A stretch of 32,000 bases of DNA from Candidatus Saccharimonadota bacterium (GTDB taxonomy: Bacteria > Pseudomonadota > Gammaproteobacteria > Enterobacterales > Enterobacteriaceae): assembly GCF_012562765.1 (NCBI RefSeq), contig NZ_CP046226.1, positions 390,001 to 422,000 on the forward strand, given 5' to 3'. Position numbers and translations under genes: made by a program. Position 1 is the first letter of the stretch. Each line of letters opens with the position of its first letter. The notes under the pieces were generated by a model, which saw nothing but the letters and a program-made list of their open reading frames with translations, was not told the origin of the DNA and searched no databases. Of the stretch, positions 19,878 to 32,000 are shown piece by piece.

Positions 19878-21755
19878 TTAAATATTATTTAACATTAAAT
19901 AATATTTATTACTGAATATTATAATTAATAATAATAATATTAAACCTAAACACATAGATGATAAATACCAACGTACATATCCATTTTCACTAATTAATAA
20001 AAATTGTTCTGTTTTTTGAATAAATTTTATTAATATATCTATACTCTGAGAAATAGGATCATTTTTTATAATAAATAATATTTTTAAAAAATTATTTATA
20101 AATAATTTTTTATACATTAAATCTATATAACAACCATTTAAAAAAAATTTTTTTATAATATAAAAATTAATATTATTTATTTTAATAAATTTTAATAAAT
20201 AATTACGATTATTCCAAAATAATATAAAACATACACTACCAGTAATAGATATTACTGCTGATATTACTTCTAGTATAAAATATTGCTTAGTATGTGTAAT
20301 AATTACATCATTAAATAATGAATATATATTTAATGGTAATATTTTTATACTTATAAAACTAGATAATATACTTAATATTATTAATGGAATATTATGATTC
20401 CAACTATTATTTTTAATTGGTATTATATTTGTTTTTCCATGAAAAATAATATAAATTAAACGCGTAATATATAAAGACGTAATAAAAGTACCAATTAAAC
20501 CTAATATAACAAAAATAAAATGATGATTAATTAAAGCTTCATATAAAATAGTTCCTTTACTAAAACTACTAATACTAATAATTGGAAAAGAACATAAAGA
20601 TAAACCTCCTAATAAAAAACAATAATATATAAAAGGAATGTATTTCTTCATATTTCCCATTTTAAATATATTTTGTTCATGATTAGTAGAAATAATAATA
20701 GAAGCAACAGATAAAAATAATAATGCTTTAAAAAAAGCATGTGTTATTAAATGAAATAAAGAAGCTTCCCATGAATGTATACCTAAAGCTAAAAACATAT
20801 AACCAATTTGACTCATAGTAGAATATGCTAAAATACGTTTTATATCTTTTTGTGCTAAAGCAGATAAACCTGATAATAATAATGTTATTATTCCAATAAT
20901 ACTTATAAATAATAAAATATAGTTTGTTAATGAAAATAAAACATAATTTCGTAAAATTAAATAAACTCCTGCTGTTACCATAGTCGCTGCATGAATTAAT
21001 GCAGAAACTGGAGTAGGACCAGCCATTGCATCTATTAACCAAGTATTTAATGGAAATTGAGCAGATTTACTTATTGCACCTATTGCTAGCATTAAAGTAA
21101 TTATATTAAGTAAAAAAGGTTTATAATAAAAATGAGATGAATTAATTAAAAAGGATATTTCTTTAAAATTCATTGTTTTAAATATTTTAAATATTAAAAA
21201 AATACCTATTACTAAAAAAATATCACCTAAACGAGTAATTAAAAATGCTTTTATAGCAGATAATCCATTTGAAGTATTTTTATAAAAAAATCCTATTAAT
21301 AAATAAGAGCAAACACCTACGCACTCCCATCCAAAAAACATTAGTATAAAATTATCTGCTAATATTAGCATAATCATGCTAGCAATAAATAAATTAGTAT
21401 ATGCAAAAAATCTTGAATAACCTTCATCATTTTTCATATACCATGATGCAAATATATGTATAAGAAAACCAACTCCAGTAGTAACTGATAACATTGTTAA
21501 TGAAAGCATATCCAAATATAAATTAAAATTAACATGAAAATTATCAATATTTATAATTTGCCATAAAGATTCTTTATAAATTAATATATGATTCTTAAAA
21601 AAAATAAAATTAATTATAAATGTAATTATTGCAATAATTCCTATAGATCCAATACCAATAATTGTAGATATTCTTTTATTTAAATAATTAGAAAAAAAAG
21701 ATAATATCAAAAAACTTATTAAAGGTATTAAAATAGTAAAATAAAGAAATTTCAT
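19878..21755 (-). CDS. nuoL: NADH:quinone oxidoreductase subunit L
   Basis: 625 aa. FFGWECVG.CSYLLIGF, SAQFPLNTWL.DAMAGPTPVSALIHAATMVTAGVYL, DIKRILAYSTMSQIGYMF. ATGA start/stop overlap with nuoK. Confidence 0.95.
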   Translation of the reverse strand: MKFLYFTILIPLISFLILSFFSNYLNKRISTIIGIGSIGIIAIITFIINFIFFKNHILIYKESLWQIINIDNFHVNFNLYLDMLSLTMLSVTTGVGFLIHIFASWYMKNDEGYSRFFAYTNLFIASMIMLILADNFILMFFGWECVGVCSYLLIGFFYKNTSNGLSAIKAFLITRLGDIFLVIGIFLIFKIFKTMNFKEISFLINSSHFYYKPFLLNIITLMLAIGAISKSAQFPLNTWLIDAMAGPTPVSALIHAATMVTAGVYLILRNYVLFSLTNYILLFISIIGIITLLLSGLSALAQKDIKRILAYSTMSQIGYMFLALGIHSWEASLFHLITHAFFKALLFLSVASIIISTNHEQNIFKMGNMKKYIPFIYYCFLLGGLSLCSFPIISISSFSKGTILYEALINHHFIFVILGLIGTFITSLYITRLIYIIFHGKTNIIPIKNNSWNHNIPLIILSILSSFISIKILPLNIYSLFNDVIITHTKQYFILEVISAVISITGSVCFILFWNNRNYLLKFIKINNINFYIIKKFFLNGCYIDLMYKKLFINNFLKILFIIKNDPISQSIDILIKFIQKTEQFLLISENGYVRWYLSSMCLGLILLLLIIIFSNKYYLMLNNI

Positions 21756-22054
21756 TCTTTCATCTCACTAATAGAATCAATATTAATTGTATTTTGATAA
21801 TGATATAATTTTAATAATAAAACTAAACCTATACAACTTTCAATAGCTGCAATAGTAATTGATATTATATACATTATTTCTCCTTCTGTTTGTTTCCAAT
21901 AATTTCCTGCAATTATACAAGATAGTGCTGCAGCATTTAACATTATTTCTACACATATTAAAATATACAACATATTTTGTCTAATAATTACACCAGTTAA
22001 ACCTATTATAAATATAATAATTGTTATCAACAATCCGTAATATAAAGGAATCAT
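21752..22054 (-). CDS. nuoK: NADH:quinone oxidoreductase subunit K
   Basis: 100 aa, three TM helices, E(I)MLNAA motif. Same length as E. coli NuoK. Operon position. Confidence 0.92.
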   Translation of the reverse strand: MIPLYYGLLITIIIFIIGLTGVIIRQNMLYILICVEIMLNAAALSCIIAGNYWKQTEGEIMYIISITIAAIESCIGLVLLLKLYHYQNTINIDSISEMKE

Positions 22055-22102
22055 ATTTTTACTTTTTAAGTTTAAATTATTAACATATAAAAAAATTAAT
22101 AT

Positions 22103-22600
22103 TTAATTTTTTTTATTTCCTATATGAAAAATTACAATAAGACCTGATAATAATAATATCGATATTAATTCAATAATTATTTTATATTGTTTAAACATAT
22201 TTATACCTATACAATTTATATCAATAATATTATTATATATATATTTATTATTACATGATTCTTTAATCATAAAAATTAAAAAAAATAATAAAATTGTTGT
22301 TAATAAAATAGAAAAAATTAAAATTATTGGTTTTTTTATTAATAATTTTTTTTCTTCTAAAGCTATTTGTTTATGGTTTAATAACATTAATATAAAAACA
22401 AATAGTACAACTATTGCACCAGCATAAATAATAATTTCTAAAGCTCCTGCAAAATAATCACCTAAAGTAAAAAATATACCTGATATAGAAATCAATGATA
22501 TTAAAAAGTATACTAATGTATACATAGGATTAATACTTATTACTACACATAATGTAGAAATTATTGCTAAAAATCCTAATATATAAAAAATTAATTCCAT
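22103..22600 (-). CDS. nuoJ: NADH:quinone oxidoreductase subunit J
   Basis: The start is placed at the ATG at 22600. This gives MELIFYILGFLAI, aligning with E. coli MEFAFYICGLIAI. FAGALEIIIYAGAIVVLFVF is also present. The track ORF start (22645) would overlap nuoI with non-homologous residues. Confidence 0.92.
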   Translation of the reverse strand: MELIFYILGFLAIISTLCVVISINPMYTLVYFLISLISISGIFFTLGDYFAGALEIIIYAGAIVVLFVFILMLLNHKQIALEEKKLLIKKPIILIFSILLTTILLFFLIFMIKESCNNKYIYNNIIDINCIGINMFKQYKIIIELISILLLSGLIVIFHIGNKKN

Positions 22601-22622
22601 AGATAAAAACCTTTTATTGATT

Positions 22623-23159
22623 TTATGGTAGTAAGCTTTTGACATCTACTTCAATATTATTTTTATGTTGTGAATAATTATTTTTAATTTTTATACCAGA
22701 AATTTTATAAAAATTATAATGTGGGTATTTTCCTGTATTATTAATTAATAAATTTTCTTTTTCATATACCATATCTTTTCTTTTATATTCACATAGTTCA
22801 AAATCTGGTATTAATTGTATAGCATTAGTAGGACAAGCTTCCTCACAAAAACCACAAAATATACAACGAGATAAATTAATACGAAAAAATTTAGGATATG
22901 ATCTACCATTTTTTTTTGTTGCTTTTTTTAAAGAAATACAACTTACAGGACATACTACAGAACATAAATTACATGCAACACAACGTTCATTATTATTATC
23001 ATCTAATGACAATATTATTCTTCCACGATATCTTGGCGGTAAATATACTTCTTCTTCTGGATACATTATTGTTTCTCTTTTTTTAAACATATTAGTCCAG
23101 ACTAAAAATATACTACGTATTTGACTAAATAATCCTATAAAAAACTTTTTTAATTTCAT
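22623..23159 (-). CDS. nuoI: NADH:quinone oxidoreductase subunit I
   Basis: 178 aa. Two 4Fe-4S ferredoxin motifs, [12 protein letters not shown] and [19 protein letters not shown] is also present. Confidence 0.95.
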   Translation of the reverse strand: MKLKKFFIGLFSQIRSIFLVWTNMFKKRETIMYPEEEVYLPPRYRGRIILSLDDNNNERCVACNLCSVVCPVSCISLKKATKKNGRSYPKFFRINLSRCIFCGFCEEACPTNAIQLIPDFELCEYKRKDMVYEKENLLINNTGKYPHYNFYKISGIKIKNNYSQHKNNIEVDVKSLLP

Positions 23160-23187
23160 ATTTATATTATTTTTAAATTAAAATAAT

Positions 23188-24159
23188 TTATATTATCATA
23201 AATAATGCAGTAAAAATAAGATTTATTAATGTTAATGGTAAACATATTAACCATCCAAAATTCATAATTTGGTCATAACGAGGACGAGGTAATGAAGCTC
23301 TTATTAAAAAAAATAATAATATAAAAAATATTGTTTTTAATAAAAACCATATAATAGATGGTAAAATTGGACCATACCAACCACCAAAAAATATTATTGA
23401 TATTAAAGAAGAAATAATTATAATATTAATATATTCTCCAACAAAAAATAAACCAAATTTAATTCCTGAATATTCAATATGATATCCATCTGAAAGTTCT
23501 TGTTCTGTTTCTGGTTGATCAAAAGGATGTCTATGACATAATGCTATAGAAGCTATAAAAAATGTAATAAATCCAAAAAATTGAGGTATAATATTCCAAC
23601 AATGATATTGTTTATATATAATATCATTTAAATTAAATGATCCTGTTTGACATATAACTCCCATTAATGATAATCCTAAAAAAACTTCATAACTTAAAAT
23701 TTGAGCAATTCCTCTAATAGAACCTAATAAAGCATATTTATTATTACTTGACCAACCTGCAAATAAAATTGAATAAACAGAAATACTTGCCATCATTAGA
23801 AAAAAAAGAATACCAATATTTAAATTAGAAATTATTAATGTTGAAGTAATAGGAATTATTGCAAATATTGATAATAATGAATTAAAAGCAATAATTGGAG
23901 CAATATTAAATAATATTTTACTTTTAATAAAAGTTGGTATTACATCTTCTTTAAAAAGAATTTTAATCATATCTGCTAATATTTGTAAAGATCCAAACCA
24001 TCCAACTCTATTAGGACCATAACGATTTTGAAATAATGCTAATATACGACGTTCTATAAAGCTTAAATAAGCACCACTAATTATTACAATTATTAAAATT
24101 GATAAAGATTTAATAATTATTAATAAATTGTTAAAATTGAATAATAAGGATATATTCAT
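23188..24159 (-). CDS. nuoH: NADH:quinone oxidoreductase subunit H
   Basis: 323 aa. [69 protein letters not shown] overlap with the nuoG stop. Confidence 0.95.
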   Translation of the reverse strand: MNISLLFNFNNLLIIIKSLSILIIVIISGAYLSFIERRILALFQNRYGPNRVGWFGSLQILADMIKILFKEDVIPTFIKSKILFNIAPIIAFNSLLSIFAIIPITSTLIISNLNIGILFFLMMASISVYSILFAGWSSNNKYALLGSIRGIAQILSYEVFLGLSLMGVICQTGSFNLNDIIYKQYHCWNIIPQFFGFITFFIASIALCHRHPFDQPETEQELSDGYHIEYSGIKFGLFFVGEYINIIIISSLISIIFFGGWYGPILPSIIWFLLKTIFFILLFFLIRASLPRPRYDQIMNFGWLICLPLTLINLIFTALFMII

Positions 24160-26876
24160 TTTAATACCTTTAATTTATCAATAGTTTTTCCTAAAAGTAC
24201 TAAGGGTATTCCTGGAATTCCTAAAGGTAATCCAATTAATCCTTGATGTAAATTTTTTGAAATACGTAATGGTAAATGAATTTTATTATTCAAATAAAAT
24301 ATTTCTATTATCGAATCACTAAAATTTTTTTTAACACCTAAATCTATTGCATCTAAGTTATTTAGAATTATATATTGACGATTAAAAAATTTTTTTATTA
24401 ATTGTGATTTTTGTACTAAACTATCACTATAAAATAAACTATAATAAGGAACAATAGTAAATTTTTTTACATTTAAAGATTTTGGAATAATATATTTGAA
24501 TATATTAAATGATTTATTTTTTTTCTTTAAAATTTTGATTCCTGTAGGACCATATTTAGAAGAAACACCTATTTCTTTTTGAAATTTATTTAAAGATTGT
24601 AAAGAATTCCAACCTGGATACCATAAAAATGGTAAATAAGAACATTGAATATTAGAATCATAATTACCTTCCATAGAAAAATTAAAAATAGTATCTTTAT
24701 CTTCTAATTGTTTTTGTTCATGTATATTAATATTAGATAACATTGATGTTCTTCCACTATAACGAATAGGAGATCTTGCAAATTTTCTATCAAAAATTTT
24801 ATAATTTGCTTTTGGAGCTACTTGACTAATTCCATTCAGTATAGGTATTTTTTTTTCACAATTTTTTATTATTTCATCTAAAATAATATTATTAAATTTC
24901 TTATTATTTATTTTTAATTTTAATTTTGATATCCATTTCCAACTAGATTTAATTTGAATTTTTTTATTATAAAAAATAGGATTGTATGCTTGAAAAAATC
25001 TTTGAGCTCTAGATTCATTATTAATAACAGTACCACTACTTTCAAAAAAACTAGCTGAAGGTAAAATAATATTTGCTTTTTTCATTGTATCTGTATATTG
25101 ATGATCCATAACAATAATATTAGATATATTTTTAAAAATATTATTTAATTTATTTTTTTCTTCTTGAAAATATAAATCATTTTCCATAATAATTAAAGTA
25201 TCTACATTAGATAAATTTGTATCAAAAATATCTTCTAAAGATTTACCATTGATAATACTAACTCCCATACTATTAACTGTATTTAATACAAAAAATAATC
25301 CTGTATTTTTTTCATGATGATTTAAAGCTTTAACTATATTATATGCTGCAGAAATTAATTCTAATGAACCAGAATTAGTTCCTGAAATAATTAAAGGTTT
25401 TTTTGCTTTTAATAGTATTTTTGCTATGTTTTTAATTTTATGTAATAAATTATTATCAGTAATAGAAATTTTAAATGATATATTTTGAATATAATTAGAT
25501 AATATAAATCCAAAATTTACTTGATTTTCAATAGGAGCATAATAATTCCAATTAGCAACATCATCTAAAGATGTATTATCTATACTTGTTATAAATAATG
25601 GATTTTTAAACATATTATTTGCATTTGAAATAGCATTACTATTCCAATATGGAATATTATTTTTATTAGATGATTTTTTTTTAATAGCTTGTCTTATTGA
25701 TAAAGATAGTCTAGGACTAGTTATACTAATATCTTCTCCTAAAATTAAAATTGCATCATAAGTTTCTATTTCAGAAAGAGAAGGACAATATATATCTTTA
25801 CTTTGCAATATTTTTATAATTAAATCAATTTGTAATTTTTCTTTTTTTAAAATTCCAATAGAAAAATTTTCTTTACCAACTAAATCTTTTAAAGCAAAAT
25901 TACTTTCTATACTTGCTCTAGGTGAGCCAATACCAATAACCCGTTTTGATTTTTTTATTAAATTAGTAATATTTTTTATTATATTTAGATCATCTAAAAT
26001 AATATTTTGATTATTAACTATTTTAATTGCTTGTAATGGTCTGTTTTTAATATTTACATAACCAGAACCAAAACGACCACGATCACAAATAAAATAACTA
26101 TTTATTTTTTCATGATATCTATTTTCTATATTAGATAAATATCCATAACGTTCTCCTATTGAAACATTACAACCTAATGAACAATTATGACAAATACTAG
26201 GAGCATATTGCATATCCCATTTTCTAGAAAATTGTTCAGAATAAGTTTTATTTGTAAAAACTCCTGTAGGACATATTTCTATTAAGTTACCTGAACATTC
26301 ATTTTCTAATATTCCATCAGTTATTCTCCCAAAATAAAGATTATTATTAGATCCAAAAACATTAAAATCCTTTCCATCTGCATAATCTTTATAAAATCTT
26401 ACACAACGATAACATTTAATACAACGATTCATTGTATGTGATATAAAAGGACCTAAATTTTGATTTTTATAAATTTTTTTAGTAAAATTATATCTGCGAG
26501 AAACATGACCAGTCATTACTGTCATATCTTGTAAATGACAACTACCACCTTCATCACAAACAGGACAATCATGAGGATGATTAATCATTAATAATTCAAT
26601 AATATTTTTACGAAAATTTTTTGATTCTATATCATTTATAGAAATATATAAATTTTCAGAAGGTAAAGACATACAAGATATTATTATTTGTCCTTTTAAT
26701 TTTTTATAATCTTTATATTTTTTAATACCACATAAACGACATGATCCTACACTTCCTAAAATAGGATGCCAACAAAAATAAGGTAAGTTAAAACCTAAAG
26801 ATAAACATATTTTTAATATATTATCTTTTTTATTAACCTTATAAAATTTTCCATCTATATTAATAACTGTAGTCAT
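24156..26876 (-). CDS. nuoG: NADH:quinone oxidoreductase subunit G
   Basis: 906 aa. 2Fe-2S and 4Fe-4S motifs are present: [55 protein letters not shown]. The molybdopterin-like domain is collinear with E. coli NuoG. Confidence 0.96.
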   Translation of the reverse strand: MTTVINIDGKFYKVNKKDNILKICLSLGFNLPYFCWHPILGSVGSCRLCGIKKYKDYKKLKGQIIISCMSLPSENLYISINDIESKNFRKNIIELLMINHPHDCPVCDEGGSCHLQDMTVMTGHVSRRYNFTKKIYKNQNLGPFISHTMNRCIKCYRCVRFYKDYADGKDFNVFGSNNNLYFGRITDGILENECSGNLIEICPTGVFTNKTYSEQFSRKWDMQYAPSICHNCSLGCNVSIGERYGYLSNIENRYHEKINSYFICDRGRFGSGYVNIKNRPLQAIKIVNNQNIILDDLNIIKNITNLIKKSKRVIGIGSPRASIESNFALKDLVGKENFSIGILKKEKLQIDLIIKILQSKDIYCPSLSEIETYDAILILGEDISITSPRLSLSIRQAIKKKSSNKNNIPYWNSNAISNANNMFKNPLFITSIDNTSLDDVANWNYYAPIENQVNFGFILSNYIQNISFKISITDNNLLHKIKNIAKILLKAKKPLIISGTNSGSLELISAAYNIVKALNHHEKNTGLFFVLNTVNSMGVSIINGKSLEDIFDTNLSNVDTLIIMENDLYFQEEKNKLNNIFKNISNIIVMDHQYTDTMKKANIILPSASFFESSGTVINNESRAQRFFQAYNPIFYNKKIQIKSSWKWISKLKLKINNKKFNNIILDEIIKNCEKKIPILNGISQVAPKANYKIFDRKFARSPIRYSGRTSMLSNINIHEQKQLEDKDTIFNFSMEGNYDSNIQCSYLPFLWYPGWNSLQSLNKFQKEIGVSSKYGPTGIKILKKKNKSFNIFKYIIPKSLNVKKFTIVPYYSLFYSDSLVQKSQLIKKFFNRQYIILNNLDAIDLGVKKNFSDSIIEIFYLNNKIHLPLRISKNLHQGLIGLPLGIPGIPLVLLGKTIDKLKVLK

Positions 26877-26983
26877 AATAAATATATTCCAGTAAGTTAT
26901 TATAACAAATAATAATTTTATTATTTAATATTTATTAAAATATAAATTTTGTATTTTAAAATAAATATGTAATTTTATATTTA

Positions 26984-28264
26984 CTACGATATTCCTAATT
27001 CAAATTCATTTAAAAAATATTTTAGCGCACTACTTAAAGGTTCTATAGCTCCTACAGGAAGAGCACAAAAAGATTTTCCATCTATTAATTGATTACTAAT
27101 TTCTTTTAATAACTTTATGTCATTAATATGACCTTTTTTATTTTCTAAATTATCTAATATTTTTACAATCCATGGTAGTCCTTCACGACATGGTGTACAG
27201 AATCCACAAGATTCTCTTGCAAAAAATATTTCTAAATTTTTTACTAAAGATACCATATTTATATTATTATCTATTGCCATAGATAATCCTGTACCTAATC
27301 TACTACCTACTTCCTGAAGACTGATAAAATCCATAGGTAAATCTAAATAATTTGCAGTTAAAAATCCAGTTCCTGCACCTCCAGTTTGCCATGCTTTTAA
27401 TTTTAATCCATCTTTCATACCTCTAGCATATTTTTCTAATACTTCACGAGCACTAGTACCAAATGGTAATTCCCATACTCCAGGATTTTTAACATTACCA
27501 GAAAATCCTAGCATTTTTGTACCATTATCATATTTACTTTTAGAAATATTTTTATACCAATAAGATCCGTTCATTAATATACCAGATATATTAAAAAAAG
27601 TTTCAACATTATTAATACATGTAGGTCTACCCCATAATCCAATAGAAGATGGAAAAGGTGGTTTAGATCTAGGATTAGCTCTTTTACCTTCTAATGAATT
27701 AATTAACGCTGTTTCTTCACCACAAATATATCTTCCAGCACCTATATGCATATATAATTTAAAATTAAAATTTGTATTAAAAATATTATTTCCTAATACA
27801 CCTAATTCATAAGCTTCTTTTATTGCTAAATTTAAAATTTTAGCACATGTTACATATTCACCTCTTAAAAAAATATATCCTTGATTAGCTTGTATTGCAA
27901 AAGCACTAATAATAATACCTTCTATTAATTGATGAGGAATATGTTCTATTAAAAAACGATCTTTATAAGTTCCAGGTTCCATTTCGTCTGCATTACATAA
28001 TAAATATCTAATTTCAGTATTTATTTTTTTTTGAGGCATTAAACTCCATTTTAAACCAGTAGAAAAACCTGCACCACCCCTTCCTTTTAATCCTGAATCC
28101 TTAATTAAATTAATAACTTCCTCAGGATTCATATTATTTAATGTTTTTTTTAAACTAGTATAACCATTTTTTTTAATATATTCTTTTAAAAATACTGGTT
28201 TATTATCATATCTCATACGCCATGTTAATGGATAATTTTCTTCATTAAGATTTAGTTTTTTCAT
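26984..28264 (-). CDS. nuoF: NADH:quinone oxidoreductase subunit F
   Basis: 426 aa. [17 protein letters not shown] (FMN/NADH site), [46 protein letters not shown] and [12 protein letters not shown] (N3 cluster). Overlaps the nuoE 3' end by 20 nt. Confidence 0.97.
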   Translation of the reverse strand: MKKLNLNEENYPLTWRMRYDNKPVFLKEYIKKNGYTSLKKTLNNMNPEEVINLIKDSGLKGRGGAGFSTGLKWSLMPQKKINTEIRYLLCNADEMEPGTYKDRFLIEHIPHQLIEGIIISAFAIQANQGYIFLRGEYVTCAKILNLAIKEAYELGVLGNNIFNTNFNFKLYMHIGAGRYICGEETALINSLEGKRANPRSKPPFPSSIGLWGRPTCINNVETFFNISGILMNGSYWYKNISKSKYDNGTKMLGFSGNVKNPGVWELPFGTSAREVLEKYARGMKDGLKLKAWQTGGAGTGFLTANYLDLPMDFISLQEVGSRLGTGLSMAIDNNINMVSLVKNLEIFFARESCGFCTPCREGLPWIVKILDNLENKKGHINDIKLLKEISNQLIDGKSFCALPVGAIEPLSSALKYFLNEFELGIS

Positions 28265-28757
28265 TAATATATTTATCCAAAATTTTATTTATATTATTTT
28301 GTGATACTGAAGTATAAATATGATTATTAATCATAATACTAGGACTTTTATCACAAAAACCTAAACAACATATAGGTAATAAAGTAAATAAACCATTAAC
28401 AGTTGTTTCTCCTGGAACAATTTGTAATCTATTTTTTATTATTTTTAAAATTTTTTCATATCCTGTTATATAACATACAACACTATCACAATATTTAATA
28501 ATATATTTACCTATTGGATATCTAAAAATTTGACTATAAAAAGTTGCAATACTATCAACTTCAGAAGGAGAAATATTTAATAATTTAGCAACAATATAAA
28601 TTATTTCATCAGAAATCCAACCATATTTTTTTTGTAAATATATTAATACTTCAATAGAAGCTGCATGATTATGTTCATAATGAGATATTATTTTATTAAT
28701 TATTTCCAAATCTTTTTTATTTAATATAATTTTTTTTTTATCAATTATTTTATTCAT
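28245..28757 (-). CDS. nuoE: NADH:quinone oxidoreductase subunit E
   Basis: 170 aa. [20 protein letters not shown] and [13 protein letters not shown] (2Fe-2S N1a ligands). Confidence 0.95.
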   Translation of the reverse strand: MNKIIDKKKIILNKKDLEIINKIISHYEHNHAASIEVLIYLQKKYGWISDEIIYIVAKLLNISPSEVDSIATFYSQIFRYPIGKYIIKYCDSVVCYITGYEKILKIIKNRLQIVPGETTVNGLFTLLPICCLGFCDKSPSIMINNHIYTSVSQNNINKILDKYINEKTKS

Positions 28758-28763
28758 AATATA

Positions 28764-30593
28764 TTAACGATCAACATCAGACATAACAAAATCAATACTA
28801 CCTAAATAGGTAATTAAGTCAGATACTAAACTACCTTTAATAACTGAAGGTATTTGTTGTAAATGAGCAAAACTTGGAGTTCTTATTCTTGTACGATAAC
28901 TAACAGTATTACCATCACTAATTAAATAATAACTATTAATACCTTTTGTGGCCTCTATCATCTGAAATGATTCATTAGCAGGTATTACTGGACCCCAAGA
29001 AACTTGTAAAAAATGAGTAATTAATGTTTCAATATTTTTTAACATTTTTTCTTTTGGGGGTGGTGTTGTTAAAGGATGATCTACTTTAAATGGTCCTACA
29101 GGCATATTATTTAAACATTGATTTAAAATACGTAAACTTTGCCATATTTCTTCTAATTTTAACATAACTCTAGAATAACAATCACTTATATTATTACCTA
29201 TTGGAATATCAAAATCAAAATTTTCATAACCAGAATAAGGTCTCCATTTACGTACATCAAAATCTAAACCAGTAGCTCTTAATCCAGCACCTGTAATACC
29301 CCATTGTATAGCTTCTTTTTGTGAATATGTTGCTATGTTTTTTGATCGAGATATTAAAATACTATTTTGTAATGCTGTTTTTTTATACATTATTAATCTT
29401 TTAGGTAACCATTGTAATATTTTTTTTAATAATATATTCCAACCCTTTGGTAAATCATTTGCTAATCCTCCTATTCTAAACCATGCAGGATGCATTCTTG
29501 CACCCGTAATAGCTTCAATTATATCGTATATTTTTTGTCTATCAGTAAATGCAAGAAACACAGGTGTCATAGCACCAACATCTTGAATAAAAGTAGATAA
29601 ATATAATAAATGACTATTAATACGAAATAATTCTGATAACATAATTCTAATAACTTTAATTCTATCTGATACAATAATATTTGCTAATTTTTCTACTGCA
29701 AGAATATAAGGCATTTCATTTATACAGCCACCTAAATATTCAATACGATCTGTATATGGAATATAAGTATGCCAAGTTTGTCTTTCAGCTATTTTTTCTG
29801 CACCTCTATGATGATATCCTATATCTGGAATACAATCTATAATCTCTTCTCCATTTAATTGTAAAATTATTCTAAATGCTCCATGTACAGAAGGATGATT
29901 AGGACCTAAATTTAAAAACATATAATCATAATTTTTATTACTAATTTTTATGCCCCATTCTTCTGGATTAAATTTTGTACTTTCAATATCTTCCTTATAT
30001 TTAGTTTTAGATAAAAAATAAAATTCATTTTCGGTTGCTCTTGCAGGAAAATCTTTCCGTAATGGATAACCATTATTCCAATTATATGGTAAAAGAATAT
30101 GAGATAAATGAGGATGATTAATAAAATTAATACCAAACATTTCCCATATTTCTCTTTCATACCAATTAGCATTAGTAAAGTATTTTGTTATACTATCAAT
30201 AGATAAATTATTTTTTATTAATGGAACTTTAATTATTATATCAATATTTCTATTAATTGAAATCAAATGATAAAATAAAGAAAAATCCATTTTTAATATT
30301 AAATTAAATTTATTATGATGAAGTCTTTCATCTACACCATGAAGATCATACAACATATTATATGGATTATGAATATTATATAAAAATTTTATAAAATGTA
30401 TTAAATTTTTTTTTTTTATCCAGATTATTAATGGCATATTTACATTTTTATTATTTTGTATTAAAAAATTTTTTGATCCAAAATAATTATCTAATTTATT
30501 AATTATTAAATCATTTGATTTATTAGTTAATGATGGAGAATGAATATTATTTATTACAATTTTTGGTTCTAAATTATTATTAAAATTATTCAT
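28764..30593 (-). CDS. nuoC: NADH:quinone oxidoreductase fused subunit C/D
   Basis: 609 aa single ORF. The 30-kDa-type N-half contains [14 protein letters not shown]. The 49-kDa-type C-half contains [34 protein letters not shown] at the C-terminus. The fusion is typical of Enterobacterales. Confidence 0.96.
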   Translation of the reverse strand: MNNFNNNLEPKIVINNIHSPSLTNKSNDLIINKLDNYFGSKNFLIQNNKNVNMPLIIWIKKKNLIHFIKFLYNIHNPYNMLYDLHGVDERLHHNKFNLILKMDFSLFYHLISINRNIDIIIKVPLIKNNLSIDSITKYFTNANWYEREIWEMFGINFINHPHLSHILLPYNWNNGYPLRKDFPARATENEFYFLSKTKYKEDIESTKFNPEEWGIKISNKNYDYMFLNLGPNHPSVHGAFRIILQLNGEEIIDCIPDIGYHHRGAEKIAERQTWHTYIPYTDRIEYLGGCINEMPYILAVEKLANIIVSDRIKVIRIMLSELFRINSHLLYLSTFIQDVGAMTPVFLAFTDRQKIYDIIEAITGARMHPAWFRIGGLANDLPKGWNILLKKILQWLPKRLIMYKKTALQNSILISRSKNIATYSQKEAIQWGITGAGLRATGLDFDVRKWRPYSGYENFDFDIPIGNNISDCYSRVMLKLEEIWQSLRILNQCLNNMPVGPFKVDHPLTTPPPKEKMLKNIETLITHFLQVSWGPVIPANESFQMIEATKGINSYYLISDGNTVSYRTRIRTPSFAHLQQIPSVIKGSLVSDLITYLGSIDFVMSDVDR

Positions 30594-30659
30594 AAATATT
30601 CTATTCCTATTTAAATATAATAGTAAAATTACTATTTCAATGATTAATGAATAATTTAA

Positions 30660-31325
30660 TTAAATTTTATCAGGATAACGTAATTTTATATTTTTTTTTG
30701 TATATATTTTTTTTTGTGATGACATTTTGGGTTTATATATTCCTTGATCACCCATTATCCAAGATAATGGACGTATTTCATTGCTAATAGATTTTTGTAA
30801 TAATAATAAAGCTTGAATATAAGCTTCTGGTCTAGGAGGACAACCTGGGATATAAATATCTACAGGTAAAAATTTATCTACTCCTTGAACTACAGAATAT
30901 ATATCATACATACCACCAGAATTAGCACATGAACCCATAGAAATTACCCATTTAGGTTCTAACATTTGATCATATAATCTTTGTATTATAGGTGCCATTT
31001 TAAGAAAACATGTTCCAGCTATAACCATAAAATCAGCTTGTCTAGGAGATGCTCTTAAAACTTCTGATCCAAAACGAGATATATCATTTATAGATGTAAA
31101 TGATGTTGTCATTTCCACATAACAACAAGAAAGACCAAAATTATATGGCCATAAAGAATTTTTTCTTCCCCAATTAATAATTTTATGAGTTATTTTTTTT
31201 AAATTTCCTAAAAATATATTTTCATAAACTTGATCTTTAATAGGATTATTATTAATATTTTTTGTTTCTTCTAATGGATATATTTTTTTATTATCAATAT
31301 TTACTTTAGTAAGAGTATATTTCAT
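30660..31325 (-). CDS. nuoB: NADH:quinone oxidoreductase subunit B
   Basis: 221 aa. N2-cluster motifs are present: [30 protein letters not shown]. Confidence 0.96.
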   Translation of the reverse strand: MKYTLTKVNIDNKKIYPLEETKNINNNPIKDQVYENIFLGNLKKITHKIINWGRKNSLWPYNFGLSCCYVEMTTSFTSINDISRFGSEVLRASPRQADFMVIAGTCFLKMAPIIQRLYDQMLEPKWVISMGSCANSGGMYDIYSVVQGVDKFLPVDIYIPGCPPRPEAYIQALLLLQKSISNEIRPLSWIMGDQGIYKPKMSSQKKIYTKKNIKLRYPDKI

Positions 31326-31358
31326 AATATAATATTTATTTTATATTTTAATAATGAA

Positions 31359-31745
31359 TTAAAAATATTTTTTAGATCTCCAATTTAAAGCATGTACTCT
31401 AAATAAATAAAATAAACTAATTAAAATTGTTATTATAAATAATAACCCTTCTATAAATCCTTCTAATTTAATTTTTTTAATAGAAACAGACCATATATAT
31501 AAATATAATGCTTCAACATCAAAAATCACAAAAAACATAGCTATTAAATAAAATTTAATAAAAATTTTTATTTGAGAATTACCAAAAGAACAAGTACCTG
31601 ATTCAAATGGTATATTTTTGTCTATTCCATAAGATCGACCTCCTAAAAAATGTGATACTAACATAACAATACAGCTAATTATAATAGCAAATATTTGAAA
31701 TACATAAAAAGATAAGTAATTAAAATTATAATGTGTATCAAACAT
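31359..31745 (-). CDS. nuoA: NADH:quinone oxidoreductase subunit A
   Basis: 128 aa. PFESG, KFYLIAMFFVIFDVEALYL. First gene of the operon. Confidence 0.92.
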   Translation of the reverse strand: MFDTHYNFNYLSFYVFQIFAIIISCIVMLVSHFLGGRSYGIDKNIPFESGTCSFGNSQIKIFIKFYLIAMFFVIFDVEALYLYIWSVSIKKIKLEGFIEGLLFIITILISLFYLFRVHALNWRSKKYF

Positions 31746-31886
31746 AATTAATATTTTTATAATTAAAATTTATTTATTCATAATATAGTAAGTAAATATA
31801 ATATGTAAATACATTCATCATTTATATTTTAAAATAATATTAAAAATTATATTATTTATATTAAATATATAAAAAATAATAAATTA

Positions 31887-32000
31887 TTAAATATAATTAT
31901 TTATTAAAAATGATTTAAAATAAGAAAAATTATTTGGAAAATTATAAGATAAATTTTCTTTTTTTATGTAATAAGTTAATTTTTTTGGTACATTAATTGT
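31887..32000 (-). CDS. Possible 3' end of an unidentified gene running off the window
   Basis: 37 sense codons open to the window edge (..TINVPKKLTYYIKKENLSYNFPNNFSYFKSFLINNYI), then TAA at 31887-31889. In this composition about 1 codon in 10 is a stop, so the open run is only mildly unlikely by chance. No homology recognised. Confidence 0.25.
   Translation of the reverse strand, partial: TINVPKKLTYYIKKENLSYNFPNNFSYFKSFLINNYI

Overview
This window is extremely A+T-rich: by eye about four-fifths A+T in genes, and about 95% in the largest spacer by hand count. It is gene-dense housekeeping DNA from a genome-reduced gammaproteobacterium of Enterobacterales type, most likely an obligate insect endosymbiont. 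The exact taxon cannot be named without a database search. The 16S and 23S genes are linked here, which argues against Buchnera, where they are separate.

Contents, left to right:
- The 5' end of a 23S rRNA, a tRNA-less spacer and a complete 16S rRNA, all on the minus strand. A recognisable leader lies upstream (candidate promoter, boxA, long processing stem).
- murI, immediately upstream of the rRNA operon as in E. coli murI-rrnB.
- A lone iscS.
- pykF and a complete sufABCDSE operon, in the E. coli order but without lpp and ldtE.
- murJ, ribA, sbcB, tRNA-Ser(GGA) and a DedA-family membrane protein.
- The complete 13-gene nuoA-N operon (NADH:quinone oxidoreductase, with fused nuoCD).

Every convincing ORF has an obvious E. 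coli orthologue, judged by alignments made from memory. I see no mobile elements, CRISPR array, defence or toxin-antitoxin genes, prophage remnants or unexplained multi-gene cluster. I therefore do not claim a novel biological system. The findings below are modest architectural or reductive-evolution observations, scored accordingly.
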